64,000 nt of DNA from positions 77,089 to 141,088 of the forward strand of contig CAVWHG010000017.1 of the NCBI GenBank assembly GCA_963754865.1, written 5' to 3'. Position numbers and translations under genes: made by a program. The notes under the pieces were generated by a model that saw only the letters and a program-made list of their open reading frames with translations, was not told the origin of the DNA and searched no databases. Position 1 is the stretch's first letter. Each line of letters starts with the position of its first letter. Source of the stretch: an uncultured delta proteobacterium (GTDB lineage Bacteria; Desulfobacterota; Desulfobulbia; Desulfobulbales; Desulfocapsaceae). This document shows, piece by piece, positions 1-9,462 of the stretch.

Positions 1-187
1 GGTGCATTATCGCTATAGAGAGACAGTTTATCATATCGCGGTTCGGCAATTGTCGGCCGATGCGGATGTGACGGCTGTGTGTGTCGATGGTGAGGATCAG
101 CTTGATTTGCTCATCCCTGTCGTTGACGACCACAAAGAACACATGGTCGAGGTGCGTATAGGTGCCGAAAACAAAGTAATCGGGTAA
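1..187 (+). CDS. C-terminal end of a GH94 / cyclic beta-1,2-glucan synthase (NdvB-like) protein, truncated by window edge
   Basis: HYRYRETVYHI...VDG...IPVVDDHKEHMVEV resembles the typical C-terminus of GH94 family proteins; only about 60 aa visible. Confidence 0.65.
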   Translation, partial: VHYRYRETVYHIAVRQLSADADVTAVCVDGEDQLDLLIPVVDDHKEHMVEVRIGAENKVIG

Positions 188-220
188 GGGCGGGAGAGAA
201 ACCCGACCCTTACCCGATTA
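177..220. terminator. Long hairpin between convergent genes
   Basis: TAATCGGGTAAGGG-CGGG pairs with CCCGACCCTTACCCGATTA. Confidence 0.55.
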
Positions 221-233
221 TGTTTTTCATTCC

Positions 234-1137
234 TTATTGAATCGGTTTCAATTCAACTCTTCGGTTTTTCGTTCGCCCATCGCTGGTATCATTGGAATAG
301 GCAGGCTTTTCTTCGCCGAATCCAACGGCAATAAGACGAGGTGCATCAACATTCTTTTTCGTAAGAGAGGTGCGTACTGCTTTGGCGCGTCTTTCGGAAA
401 GGGCTTGGTTATAGACATTCGTGCCGGTGCTGTCGGCATGCCCCTGAATTTCAACTCGCAAACCGGGGTTTCTGTTCATAACCGGCACAAGCTCATCAAG
501 ATACGGGTAGTATTGAACTTTCACTATGGATTTGTCGAAATCGAACAAGTAATCGGTATTCAATGTCCAACAACCTCTTGCATCAACCTTTGCGCCCAGC
601 GGAGTTCCGGGACAAGCGTCGTCAGCATCCTGAACCCCATCTTTATCAGTATCGATAAACTGTTTGGTATCCTGTTGCAGGGTCGACCCGGTGGCAACGG
701 AAACTGTCGAAGAAAGGGTATACGCTAAAAGGATCTCGGCAAAGCCTTACCGGAATAAGCAACACAAACCTTGGTAAACCATCAACCACCTTGGCATAGC
801 TTATAGGTACTCCGGCCACGGCCTCAGGCTTCAATGTGCCGCCGTATGCCTGCAAGACCCTGTTAAAGCTGACGGAACAGAAGGCAGTTGGTGATTTATC
901 ATAGACAACCTTACCGCCAATGACTGTCGCATAAGCAGATGGAACATTGCCACCGCCACCAGCCTCGGGCGTCAACACAACGGCTGCAGCAGGCATTGAA
1001 TATTCGTTGAAGTTTGACCTCCAGAAGTTGGTCATATTTGCGCAAACGGTCATATTCGACCACAGCCGGAGAGTGGAAGAAAGCCGGGAGGGGGGTGCAT
1101 ACGTTTCCCAACGATCATCCTGTCTGCGACGGGACAA
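234..1137 (-). CDS. OmpA-family peptidoglycan-binding protein with TSP3-like repeat; N-terminal part broken by frameshifts, start uncertain
   Basis: OmpA_C motifs FDFDKS, GHAD, YNQALSERRA, GRTKNRRVE (234-563); in-frame upstream DTDKDGVQDADDACPGTP...VDARGC; upstream part shows an internal repeat (TVIGGKVVYD..SFNRVLQAY / KVVDG..FAEILLAY) across frames. Confidence 0.75.
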
Positions 1138-1225
1138 TTCGCCTTTGCTGTCCGCTTCAGCCGTCTTTTCTTCTTTTACAATAAAAACGAGAAGATATGC
1201 GGAATATCATTGAGGATTTTACGTC

Positions 1226-1240
1226 TGGTATAAGAATTGC
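1226..1240 (+). promoter_or_regulatory. sigma54 (-24/-12) promoter upstream of flavocytochrome operon
   Basis: TGGTATAAGAATTGC matches TGGCAC-N5-TTGC with exact GG-N10-GC spacing, 85 bp before the CDS. Confidence 0.7.
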
Positions 1241-1324
1241 TAGGAAACGAATGAAGGCCACTTAAAAAGTCGGGCAAGGGAAGGGGAATGAAGGAACACA
1301 ATCAGAACATAAAAGGGGTAATAA

Positions 1325-2908
1325 ATGATGAAAGAAACTCGAGAGATTAAAGTGGGTGCAGAGAAGGGAACAGAGGGAACAAGCGTCGCTAATTCATCAC
1401 GAAGGACTTTTTTGCAAGGAGCTGTTACCTTGGGTGTTGCGGCAGCAAGTGGATTGGCCCTGAACCTGTCAACACCGGGTTCTGCCGAGGCAATGGCTCG
1501 CACGCTGCCGAAAAAGTGGGATGAGACAATAGATGTGGTGATCGTCGGTTCGGGCTTTGCCGGGCTTGCCGCCGCAGCGGAGGCAGGTGCCCAGGGCAGC
1601 AAAGTCGTTATTTTAGAGAAGAGGCCGACCTATGGCGGAAATTCTATTATCAACGGCGGAGAATTCAATTCGTGGGACGATAAATTGCATTTGCGTCAGA
1701 AATTAAATCTGGGTGACGACAGTGCAGAACTGCATAAAACTGATACGCTGAAGGGCGGTGATTTCTATGGTTCGCCGGAATTAGTCGATGTCCTCGTCAA
1801 TGGGGCAACCGCTTCTCTTGACTGGATGCTTGATAACGGCGGGCTGAAAATACGGGAGATTCTCAATCGAACAGGTGGCCATACGGCTTATCGGACCCAT
1901 ACCTGTGAGGAGGGTGTTGGTCGGGGGTATACCGAAGCCCTGAAAAAGATCGCTGAAGAAAAGGGATTGAAGATTCAACTGAATGCCGAGGTAACGTGGA
2001 TTTGGCGAAAGGATGGCGATGCCAAGAATCCCATCGAGGGAGTTGAGGTTAAGATCGGCAGAAAAACAAAAAACATTCAAATCAGCAAGGCCCTGATTCT
2101 CGCTTCCGGTGGGTTCAGCCGGGACATCAAAATGCGTCAGTCTTTCAATCCGAGCATCGTGCCGGAATTCAATTGTACTAACCAGCCGGGTGCAACCGGA
2201 GAAATGATTCGTTATGCTCAGGCTGTCGGCGCCGACACATTGCAACTGGCCTTTATTCAGCTTTACCCCTACGCGGAACCAGAAACCGGTATTCTTGATG
2301 CACCGGCTGTTTATCCATTCCGTGGCCCGGGTTACGGCATCGTCTATGTCAACAAGCTTGGCAAACGCTTTGTCAATGAAATGGAACGCCGCGATGTTGT
2401 CTCCATGGCTCAGATCAAGACCGGAATGAAACCGACCTATTCCATTTTCAATGAAGCCATGATTCCCAAGATGGGCACAAAGGAAGAAGTGGAAAAAGGT
2501 ATGGCCAAAGGTCGGTTTATCAAGGCCGAAACGCTTGCAGAATTGGCCACAAAGCTTGGAATCCCGGCAGACGCAGTTCAGGAAACCATCAAAATTCACA
2601 ACGGATACATGGCGGACGGCAAGGATCCCGATTTCGGTCGGCAGTTTACAAAATCGATGATTCCCTTAACGGAAGGTCCTTTTTATGCCATTGCCCAGTG
2701 GCCGGCCGTACATCATACGATGGGAGGGTTGCGCATCAACAAGGATGCACAGGTTATTGATATCTGGGGCAACCCTATCCCCCGGCTGTTTGCGGCAGGA
2801 GAAGTCACCGGCGGCATCCACGGATCGAACCGTTTGGGCGGGAATGCCACCCCGGACTGTATTGTCTTTGGTCGAGTAGCGGGCAGAAACGCAGGTAAAA
2901 AAGGATAG
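1325..2908 (+). CDS. Tat-exported flavocytochrome c flavin subunit (fumarate/urocanate/methacrylate reductase family)
   Basis: Tat motif SRRTFLQG; GSGFAG FAD motif; HHTMGG, AAGEVTGGIHGSNRLGGN, NEMERRD. Confidence 0.92.
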   Translation: MMKETREIKVGAEKGTEGTSVANSSRRTFLQGAVTLGVAAASGLALNLSTPGSAEAMARTLPKKWDETIDVVIVGSGFAGLAAAAEAGAQGSKVVILEKRPTYGGNSIINGGEFNSWDDKLHLRQKLNLGDDSAELHKTDTLKGGDFYGSPELVDVLVNGATASLDWMLDNGGLKIREILNRTGGHTAYRTHTCEEGVGRGYTEALKKIAEEKGLKIQLNAEVTWIWRKDGDAKNPIEGVEVKIGRKTKNIQISKALILASGGFSRDIKMRQSFNPSIVPEFNCTNQPGATGEMIRYAQAVGADTLQLAFIQLYPYAEPETGILDAPAVYPFRGPGYGIVYVNKLGKRFVNEMERRDVVSMAQIKTGMKPTYSIFNEAMIPKMGTKEEVEKGMAKGRFIKAETLAELATKLGIPADAVQETIKIHNGYMADGKDPDFGRQFTKSMIPLTEGPFYAIAQWPAVHHTMGGLRINKDAQVIDIWGNPIPRLFAAGEVTGGIHGSNRLGGNATPDCIVFGRVAGRNAGKKG

Positions 2909-2948
2909 GTTCATTCCTCGGCTTATTGTATCGCGGAAAGGAAAAAAT

Positions 2949-3671
2949 ATGAAAAATAAATGGCTTATGATTCTGGTTTCCTTGCTGTTGATCGAAATCG
3001 TCGGCATGTTTTTGGTCATACCTACGGAATCGGCAAAGGCTAAAAAGGAAATGGGAAAGGCGGTGGAAAAACAAAAGTCTTGTTCTGCCTGCCATGATGA
3101 TTTTACCACTCTTCTTTCCGCGACACATCCTCCTGTTAAAGGCAATGTTCTAAGAGTCTGCGTAAAGTGCCATGCCCAGCAAGGAAAGGACATGGCCAAA
3201 CCGAACAAATTTGCTGCCCGCCTCCATCTTGCCCATCTCAAAAGCCCAATGAAGGCTGATTGCCTCGATTGTCATATCTGGCAGCCGGGCAAGAGTTTTG
3301 GTCTTGCTGGAACCCCCGTGACCTACGAGGCATTATCTAAAGAGGATATGTTACTGATTAAAAATGTTTTTTCCTCGGCTGTTCAATCGGATAATCTGGA
3401 TGCCCGGCATCTTTCGAAGGACATCACCTGTGCAGCATGTCACGGCCAGGATATTCGTGGTGAGAGCGCAGTGGAAAACATGAAGTGCCTGGATTGTCAT
3501 GGGCCGATTGAGAATCTAATTGGCAAAACTGCGCCTCAGGATTTTCCCGACAGGAATCCGCACAAATCCCATCTCGGCGAAATCAGCTGTACTGTTTGTC
3601 ATGCTGGACATGCCGAATCGAAAATATACTGTTTGGAGTGTCATCCGAAATTTGCGATGAAACTACCATGA
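2949..3671 (+). CDS. Periplasmic multiheme cytochrome c (7 CxxCH)
   Basis: N-terminal hydrophobic signal; CSACH, CVKCH, CLDCH, CAACH, CLDCH, CTVCH, CLECH; C-terminal NPHKSH..CTVCH..H..YCLECH like the flavocytochrome c3 heme domain. Confidence 0.92.
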   Translation: MKNKWLMILVSLLLIEIVGMFLVIPTESAKAKKEMGKAVEKQKSCSACHDDFTTLLSATHPPVKGNVLRVCVKCHAQQGKDMAKPNKFAARLHLAHLKSPMKADCLDCHIWQPGKSFGLAGTPVTYEALSKEDMLLIKNVFSSAVQSDNLDARHLSKDITCAACHGQDIRGESAVENMKCLDCHGPIENLIGKTAPQDFPDRNPHKSHLGEISCTVCHAGHAESKIYCLECHPKFAMKLP

Positions 3672-3710
3672 AAGCAAGAATTGTTAAAAATCGCATTAAT
3701 GGGGATAGCC

Positions 3711-3977
3711 ATGGATATGAAAGAAGAATTTAACAAGCTCATCGAAAAACTGAAGATGGAACGGGATGGCGTAAGCTTAAAGATGCACCTTGCCTCGATG
3801 GATGCCAAAAAAGAGTATGAAGAGGCTGAGCAAAAATGGGTTCAGGTGAAGGTCAAGGCGGCTGCAATTGCAGGTGATGCAGAGGAAGCTTCTGAGGAAT
3901 TTATCGCTAAAGCTAAGATAGTGGGCGAAGAGCTGAAAGAAACTTACAACCGAATTTCCAACCGCTTGTCGAAATAA
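3711..3977 (+). CDS. Small coiled-coil hypothetical protein
   Basis: K/E-rich helical ORF; ATG at 3711 preceded by GGGG RBS-like run (ORF track starts at 3681). Confidence 0.6.
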   Translation: MDMKEEFNKLIEKLKMERDGVSLKMHLASMDAKKEYEEAEQKWVQVKVKAAAIAGDAEEASEEFIAKAKIVGEELKETYNRISNRLSK

Positions 3978-4341
3978 GACGTGCCTGGACGTTCTAAAGA
4001 GCCTGGTTTGTTGCTAGAGCTTTAAAGGAGAATAAAATGAAAATCTCAGATTGGCTGGATGAAAAAGTATTAGAGAAAGTGGATGTCTCGCAAATCGTAT
4101 TGCCTGCCAACATGTCTTATGATGGTGATCCGGATGAAACCATTTTTTTCAAAGAAATTAATCCTTGCGGGCTATTTTGTACGGAAAATCATCCATTTTC
4201 GACGGTTGAACGCTTTGACCACTGGTATCTCAGCAGGGGTCAAGACAAAAAAGCAGGTATTCATTCACCGGAAATGCAGTGGAGGCTGTTTACCAAGGAT
4301 AAAAATATTGCCCTGCAAACGGCTAAAGGACGCATAAAATA
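3969..4341 (+). repeat. Direct repeat copy 1 (373 bp)
   Basis: Starts TCGAAATAAGACGTGCCTGG; near-identical to 5871-6243 at a constant offset of 1902. Confidence 0.95.
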
Positions 4342-4342
4342 G
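4037..4342 (+). CDS. Hypothetical 101-aa protein (copy 1)
   Basis: AAGGAG RBS; paralog at 5939-6244 differs at 7 of 101 residues. Confidence 0.8.
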   Translation: MKISDWLDEKVLEKVDVSQIVLPANMSYDGDPDETIFFKEINPCGLFCTENHPFSTVERFDHWYLSRGQDKKAGIHSPEMQWRLFTKDKNIALQTAKGRIK

Positions 4343-4456
4343 AAAGAGCTTACCAATCTGGTTTGGGTCTATAAAAACATAACTGCCATTTCAGCGGTGA
4401 AAGATACATCTATCGATAAGGCAATAATGGTTTTTTCGGCCAGGGAGAAAGAAAAA

Positions 4457-5806
4457 ATGCAGATCAGGAACTGGCTTTTTCTAGTTGTTCTCACCCTTGT
4501 TGTACCGTTTTTGACAGAAGATATTGCAGCTCAGACCTTGCAAGAATCAACAGGGCAGGTCTGGCTGGTGGGGGCCGGGCGATGGGATGGTGCTCAGGAA
4601 CAACGATTTGCCGAATGGGTGGAGAAGACCATAAGCGAAGACTTTTTCATAAGACATGGCATAGCCGTCGACTGCGCCGATGTCCCCTATGCTATTCGTT
4701 GGATTTATGCGAGGATTGCTCATTTGCCTGCAGCAGTCACCACGCGTGACGGGCATCTCTTGGGCCATTGGTCGACGGCCTGGGAAAATGTGCCGCCCGC
4801 TAAAGAATGGTATCTGGACCGGCGATTTCGCCAGTCCCTGCTTTTGGTGTTGCAAGAAACATCAACCAGAACACTGCCCCTTGACACCTACCCCATTGGC
4901 ATCAATGCCCAATCGCTCTCTGCCGGTGCAGTGTTTATTGGTGAAGGTCACGCGGGACTTGTAGGGCGCATTGTCTACGACGGTAGCACCTACTCACCAA
5001 TCCAGACATGGGAGGCAACGCTACCTAGGAAGGTGAGACAACTGCGACAGAATAACTATTTCGCTAGTTTGGTCGACATCGATGCAGGCAGCGGCCTGGC
5101 GCGATTCCGCTGGCCGGTATTCGCTGCTGGGCGTTGGCAATATCTACCGAACCGGGACCATCCCTTCTACTCTCTTGAGCAATACAACCGGAATTTCTGT
5201 CATGCCGATGAAACATTCGATCAGGCGGTTGCGCGACGAATCGATCCAAAGCAGTATAATCCCGCGATGAGAGCCCGGTTGATCATGGATTCACTCTATG
5301 GTTATCTCCTTATGCGCGTGCCAATTGTCCAAGAAGGTTTCAACCGATGCCGACAGGAAAAATGCCCTGAGGGAACGTATCGATGGGAGGCGTACAGCAC
5401 ACCCGGCCGCGACGATGTGATTGATCACAAGATATCTCATCTGCAAAAGTTGATCAATGACAATGACATCGATGAAGAAACTCTAATGAAAATGATGGAG
5501 GGGATGGTTGTTACCATCATTGCAGGTCGATCGGTTACCTTAGCGTATGTGCTGCATAATTATGGCTGGCTGTCGCATGACCCCGATGATTCCTTAGAAG
5601 CTCGATGGGCACTTGCAAAATGCGACATGATCCTTTCAAGGACACATGGTTCGCTTTCGGCTATGGACTTCGCAGAGCAGAGGTACCGCAGCACAGATCC
5701 TGAATATGCCAGCCGTAGTAGAGACAAGCGCATGAGTCAACTGAAATGGTTACAGGATCAGGGGAAAAGTGCCGGCTGCGAGGAATTCTACCTGCCTACG
5801 ACCTAG
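4457..5806 (+). CDS. Secreted hypothetical protein with DCAD / GH / YSTPGRD motifs
   Basis: Long ORF (track start 4397); signal peptide MQIRNWLFLVVLTLVVPFLTEDIAA from 4457 with GGGAG upstream. Confidence 0.75.
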   Translation: MQIRNWLFLVVLTLVVPFLTEDIAAQTLQESTGQVWLVGAGRWDGAQEQRFAEWVEKTISEDFFIRHGIAVDCADVPYAIRWIYARIAHLPAAVTTRDGHLLGHWSTAWENVPPAKEWYLDRRFRQSLLLVLQETSTRTLPLDTYPIGINAQSLSAGAVFIGEGHAGLVGRIVYDGSTYSPIQTWEATLPRKVRQLRQNNYFASLVDIDAGSGLARFRWPVFAAGRWQYLPNRDHPFYSLEQYNRNFCHADETFDQAVARRIDPKQYNPAMRARLIMDSLYGYLLMRVPIVQEGFNRCRQEKCPEGTYRWEAYSTPGRDDVIDHKISHLQKLINDNDIDEETLMKMMEGMVVTIIAGRSVTLAYVLHNYGWLSHDPDDSLEARWALAKCDMILSRTHGSLSAMDFAEQRYRSTDPEYASRSRDKRMSQLKWLQDQGKSAGCEEFYLPTT

Positions 5807-5870
5807 CCGGGGATGTTTAAAGCGTTGGGAAAGGAATCAGCGAGTTGAAGATTCATTACGGAGCAGGGTA

Positions 5871-6243
5871 TCGAAATAAGACGTGCCTGGGCGTTCTAAA
5901 GAGCCTGGTGTGTTGCTAGAGCTTTAAAGGAGAATAAAATGAAAGTTTCAGATTGGCTGGATGAAAAAGTACTAGAGAAAGTGGATGTCTCACAAATCGT
6001 ATTGCCTGCCAACATGTCTTATGATGGTGATCCGAATGAAACCATTTTTTTCAAAGAAATTAATCCTTGCGGGCTATTTTGTACGGAAAATCATCCATTT
6101 TCGACGGTTGAACGCTTTGGCCACTGGTATCTCAGCAGGGGGCAAGACAAAAAAGCAGGTATTCATTCATCGGAAATGAAATGGAGGCTGTTTACCAAGG
6201 ATAAAAATATTGCTCTGCAAACGGCTAAAGAACGCATAGAATA
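5871..6243 (+). repeat. Direct repeat copy 2 (373 bp)
   Basis: Near-identical to 3969-4341; differences seen are substitutions. Confidence 0.95.
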
Positions 6244-6244
6244 A
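5939..6244 (+). CDS. Hypothetical 101-aa protein (copy 2)
   Basis: Paralog of 4037-4342 with the same RBS. Confidence 0.8.
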   Translation: MKVSDWLDEKVLEKVDVSQIVLPANMSYDGDPNETIFFKEINPCGLFCTENHPFSTVERFGHWYLSRGQDKKAGIHSSEMKWRLFTKDKNIALQTAKERIE

Positions 6245-6579
6245 GGAGCTCCTTTTCTCCTCACTGGCTGACGTGCCAGTAGGTCGACGGCGAGTTGTGC
6301 AGGTGAAGAAAAAGTAATGGAGTTAGGCAAAGAGCAAGGGTCGAAAACCATACCCAAACAATCACCCAACGGAAAAAATTGAGCAAAAGTTTTTCAGACA
6401 CCGTTGATTTTAGCATTAACGTTTCATTTTACAACAGCTGAGCAGATTTTTCCGGATGAAAATTTGCAGATGGGCGGATCGAAAATGAGTGCTTACTCTA
6501 TTTCTAATATTGGGGAGGTACCCTATCCATTGGGAAACCCGCCGATGCTCATCTATTTACTCAACATGGAGAAAACGAA

Positions 6580-7002
6580 ATGCCAGAACTCAATCAACGG
6601 ATACTCGACATCATTCACAAGCCTCAGCTTGCCTCATTGGCAACAGTAACCGAACAGAATAATCCTTGGGTCCGGTACGTGGTAACTGTAGGAGATGGCA
6701 ACTTTATCCTTCGCTGCGCAACCTTCGCTGATTCCCGCAAGGTGAAACAGATCCAAAACAACCCCAATGTTCATCTGACCTGCGGCGTCAGTTCCTTTAT
6801 GGCAATGCAACCCTATCTACAAATTCAAGCAAAGGCGCGGGTCACGGTGGATAAGGAAGAGCGTCACAATTTTTGGAATGATATGTTGACCCCCATCTTC
6901 ACTGGTCCGGATGATCCCAAATATGTGGTCGTTATCATCGAACCATATCGAATTGAATACTGCACACCAGGATCTTATGTGCCTGAAATTTGGACAAGAT
7001 AG
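6580..7002 (+). CDS. Pyridoxamine 5'-phosphate oxidase-like FMN-binding protein (general stress protein 26 type)
   Basis: LATVT..PWVRYV, SRKVKQIQNNPNV, FTGPDDPKY. Confidence 0.85.
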   Translation: MPELNQRILDIIHKPQLASLATVTEQNNPWVRYVVTVGDGNFILRCATFADSRKVKQIQNNPNVHLTCGVSSFMAMQPYLQIQAKARVTVDKEERHNFWNDMLTPIFTGPDDPKYVVVIIEPYRIEYCTPGSYVPEIWTR

Positions 7003-7147
7003 AATGAAAACATAAATCGTTGTCCTTTTGCATCCTGAGATGATTCTACGTTAACAGGCAACCTTACACACGTCTCGCATCTTTAGGTTTACAAGCTCTG
7101 AGGATCGCATAAACGAGCAAACATCTGGCAATTAACGAGGTTGGAGC

Positions 7148-7738
7148 ATGGTTAAAATTGTCGCGATTTATGGCAGTCCGAGACGTGATGGAAATACTGC
7201 TGCATTGCTGAAGCGGGCTGTAGCTGGGGCACAGCTCGAAGGGGCGCATGTGGAAGAAGTGTTTCTTCGAGATTATGCAATTTCCCCCTGTCTTGAAATT
7301 TATGGATGCATCAAAACCGGCGAATGCGCCATTCAGGATGATTTCCAAAGCATTCTCGCCAAGATTGAATCCTGTTCCGGCATTATGCTCGCCTCCCCAA
7401 TCTTTTTTTATACTGTCAGTGCCCATACGAAAATTTTCATGGACCGATGTCAGTCTCGTTGGGTTAGGAAATACTGGATCGAAAATCAAGAGGCTGGAAA
7501 GGCACCGGAAACACGTAAAGGGTTATTTATTTCTGTCGGGGCCACAAAAGGTAAAAAACTCTTTGATGGAGCTATACTCACCGTCAAATATTTCTTTGAT
7601 GCTCTGAATGCCGGGCTTTGGAAAACCGTTCTCTGCAGAGATGTGGATCGGAAGGGTGAAATTGAAAAACGGGAGGCTTATCTCAATGAAGCATTTGAGG
7701 CTGGAGGGGCTTTGGCAAGGGCACTCCAGGAGCAGTGA
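7148..7738 (+). CDS. Iron-sulfur flavoprotein / NADPH-dependent FMN reductase (flavodoxin-like)
   Basis: GSPRRDGNT, CLEIYGC..GECAIQDD, ASPIFF, KIFMDR. Confidence 0.85.
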   Translation: MVKIVAIYGSPRRDGNTAALLKRAVAGAQLEGAHVEEVFLRDYAISPCLEIYGCIKTGECAIQDDFQSILAKIESCSGIMLASPIFFYTVSAHTKIFMDRCQSRWVRKYWIENQEAGKAPETRKGLFISVGATKGKKLFDGAILTVKYFFDALNAGLWKTVLCRDVDRKGEIEKREAYLNEAFEAGGALARALQEQ

Positions 7739-7836
7739 TAGTTCCATTTGTGTATCACCTCTCCTGTTGAAAGGCCTTTATCAAGTCAGATAAATCAGAA
7801 GAAAAACCTGCTATAAATGGAGAGGAGCACTTTGCA

Positions 7837-8751
7837 ATGATGGAAAAATCGACCGTATCGCACCGATTTGTTACCGATTTGATTGAGCAATTTATCACCA
7901 CGTCGCCTCTCAATACCATGCAGGATGCATCTGGTGAGCCCGCCTGGGACACGGCCTTGGTCGGTTTTTCCTCTGGTGCCGATCCCATCTGGCAACAATA
8001 TAAGGAGTATATAGGTGCCTTCCACTGGACCCCTTGGGAAATTTTCAACCAGCATCGTTCCGAAGAAAATGTAAGTGCCAAGCAGCTCACCGTCATTTCG
8101 TGGGTTTTACCTCAACGCAAAATAGTTCGCATGGCCAATCGGCGGGCCAATATGTTTCCCGCCGAGGAATGGGCCAGGATCAGGGTGTACGGTGAAGAGT
8201 TCAATGTAGCCTTAAGAAAGCATGTTGCCGAGCAGCTTGAAGGGATGGGACATCCGGCAATTGCTCCCATGCTTGCCCCCAATTGGACCATTATTAAATC
8301 ACAACGTTTTTCTTATGCATCATCCTGGTCTGAACGTCATGCCGCCTATGCGGCCGGGCTTGGAACATTCGGCCTCTGTGACGGCCTTATCACCGCCAAG
8401 GGAAAAGCGATGCGTGTTGGGTCCGTAGTTGCTAAGATATCACTTGAGCCAACCCCGCGCCTCTACACCGGACATCACGACTATTGTCTCTTCTATGCCG
8501 ATGGAACCTGTGGGAAATGTATTGACCGTTGCCCGGCTCGTGCCATAACCCAGTCCGGCCATGACAAGGAAAAGTGCCGCCAGCATCTTGTCCGGTCTCG
8601 TGATTATGTCAAGGAAACTTACAAATTTGCAGGGTATGGATGCGGATTGTGCCAAGTAGGGGTGCCATGCGAGGCGGGCATTCCGGTTAAAGCTGCTCGC
8701 GAGGCACTCAAACGAGGAGAGTTGCCACCTCCACCACCTCCTTTAGCATGA
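7837..8751 (+). CDS. QueG-like (epoxyqueuosine reductase superfamily) 4Fe-4S protein
   Basis: SERHAAYAAGLGTFG, CGKCIDRCP, CGLCQVGVPCE. Confidence 0.8.
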   Translation: MMEKSTVSHRFVTDLIEQFITTSPLNTMQDASGEPAWDTALVGFSSGADPIWQQYKEYIGAFHWTPWEIFNQHRSEENVSAKQLTVISWVLPQRKIVRMANRRANMFPAEEWARIRVYGEEFNVALRKHVAEQLEGMGHPAIAPMLAPNWTIIKSQRFSYASSWSERHAAYAAGLGTFGLCDGLITAKGKAMRVGSVVAKISLEPTPRLYTGHHDYCLFYADGTCGKCIDRCPARAITQSGHDKEKCRQHLVRSRDYVKETYKFAGYGCGLCQVGVPCEAGIPVKAAREALKRGELPPPPPPLA

Positions 8752-8764
8752 TGTAATCGATTTC

Positions 8765-9148
8765 ATGGCTGCGGCAGTGGTCCAAATGTTTGGAGACATG
8801 AAACGTGGTGCGCCAAATGAGCTTGTTTTCCCGGCTACCAACGGAAAAAGAATGGAACGGATCAGCAATGTCTTTGCTGCCGCCGCACACCACATTGGTC
8901 TCAATGAGGGAATCACTGACCGCAGGATGAAGTTCGTCTTTCATTCGTTGAGGCATTCATGTGCCAGTTGGCTGGTCAACTCGGGGGTTGAGTTGCCGGT
9001 AATTGCCAAGATCCTTGGTCATAAAACCTTGGCCATGACAATGAGGTATTCCCATGTCAATGACCGTTCCGTCAGGAATGCAATGTCGCTCCAGGACGAT
9101 CAGCAGCAGCCGGCCGGAAAAATTGTTTCCATCGTCAGCAAACTATGA
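8765..9148 (+). pseudogene. Tyrosine recombinase/integrase, C-terminal fragment only
   Basis: FHSLRH, ILGHKTLAMTMRYSH catalytic motifs; no room for the N-terminus (abuts previous stop at 8751). Confidence 0.85.
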
Positions 9149-9184
9149 ACCCTTGTCTGATACTAATAATAGGTATATAATTAC

Positions 9185-9462
9185 ATGACATGGACCGTTG
9201 AATTCACCGGCAAGGCAAAGAAGCAAGCCGACAAGCTGCCCGTCAAGGTTCGTGAAGTGTTTTTCCAACTGGTCATCGAAATAGAAACAACCGGGCCGGT
9301 CGGGGTGACTGGCCCAATTACTCAAAGCTATCCGACGATCGGCACCATTGCCACCTGAAGAAAGGGAAACCCTGCTACGTGGCAATCTGGCGGGAAGATA
9401 AAGGCAAGATTCGGTTCATTGAGGTGATCTATGCAGGAACCCACGAAAAAGCACCATACTGA
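9185..9462 (+). CDS. RelE/ParE-superfamily toxin (frameshift near 9300)
   Basis: Manual translation MTWTVEFTGKAKKQADKLP...GDWPNYSKL..HHCHLKKGKPCYVAIW...IEVIYAGTHEKAPY; not in ORF track. Confidence 0.75.

Noticed and set aside
4037-6244. Effector flanked by duplicated immunity genes
   Set aside because: The small proteins lack signal peptides while the cargo is exported, and no secretion-system genes are nearby.
6250-6579. Riboswitch or the 81-aa ORF at 6404-6649
   Set aside because: No recognisable aptamer motif; the ORF lacks an RBS and overlaps the real downstream gene.
7837-8751. Reductive dehalogenase
   Set aside because: No Tat signal or RdhB anchor, and it is too short; fits the QueG-like Fe-S family.
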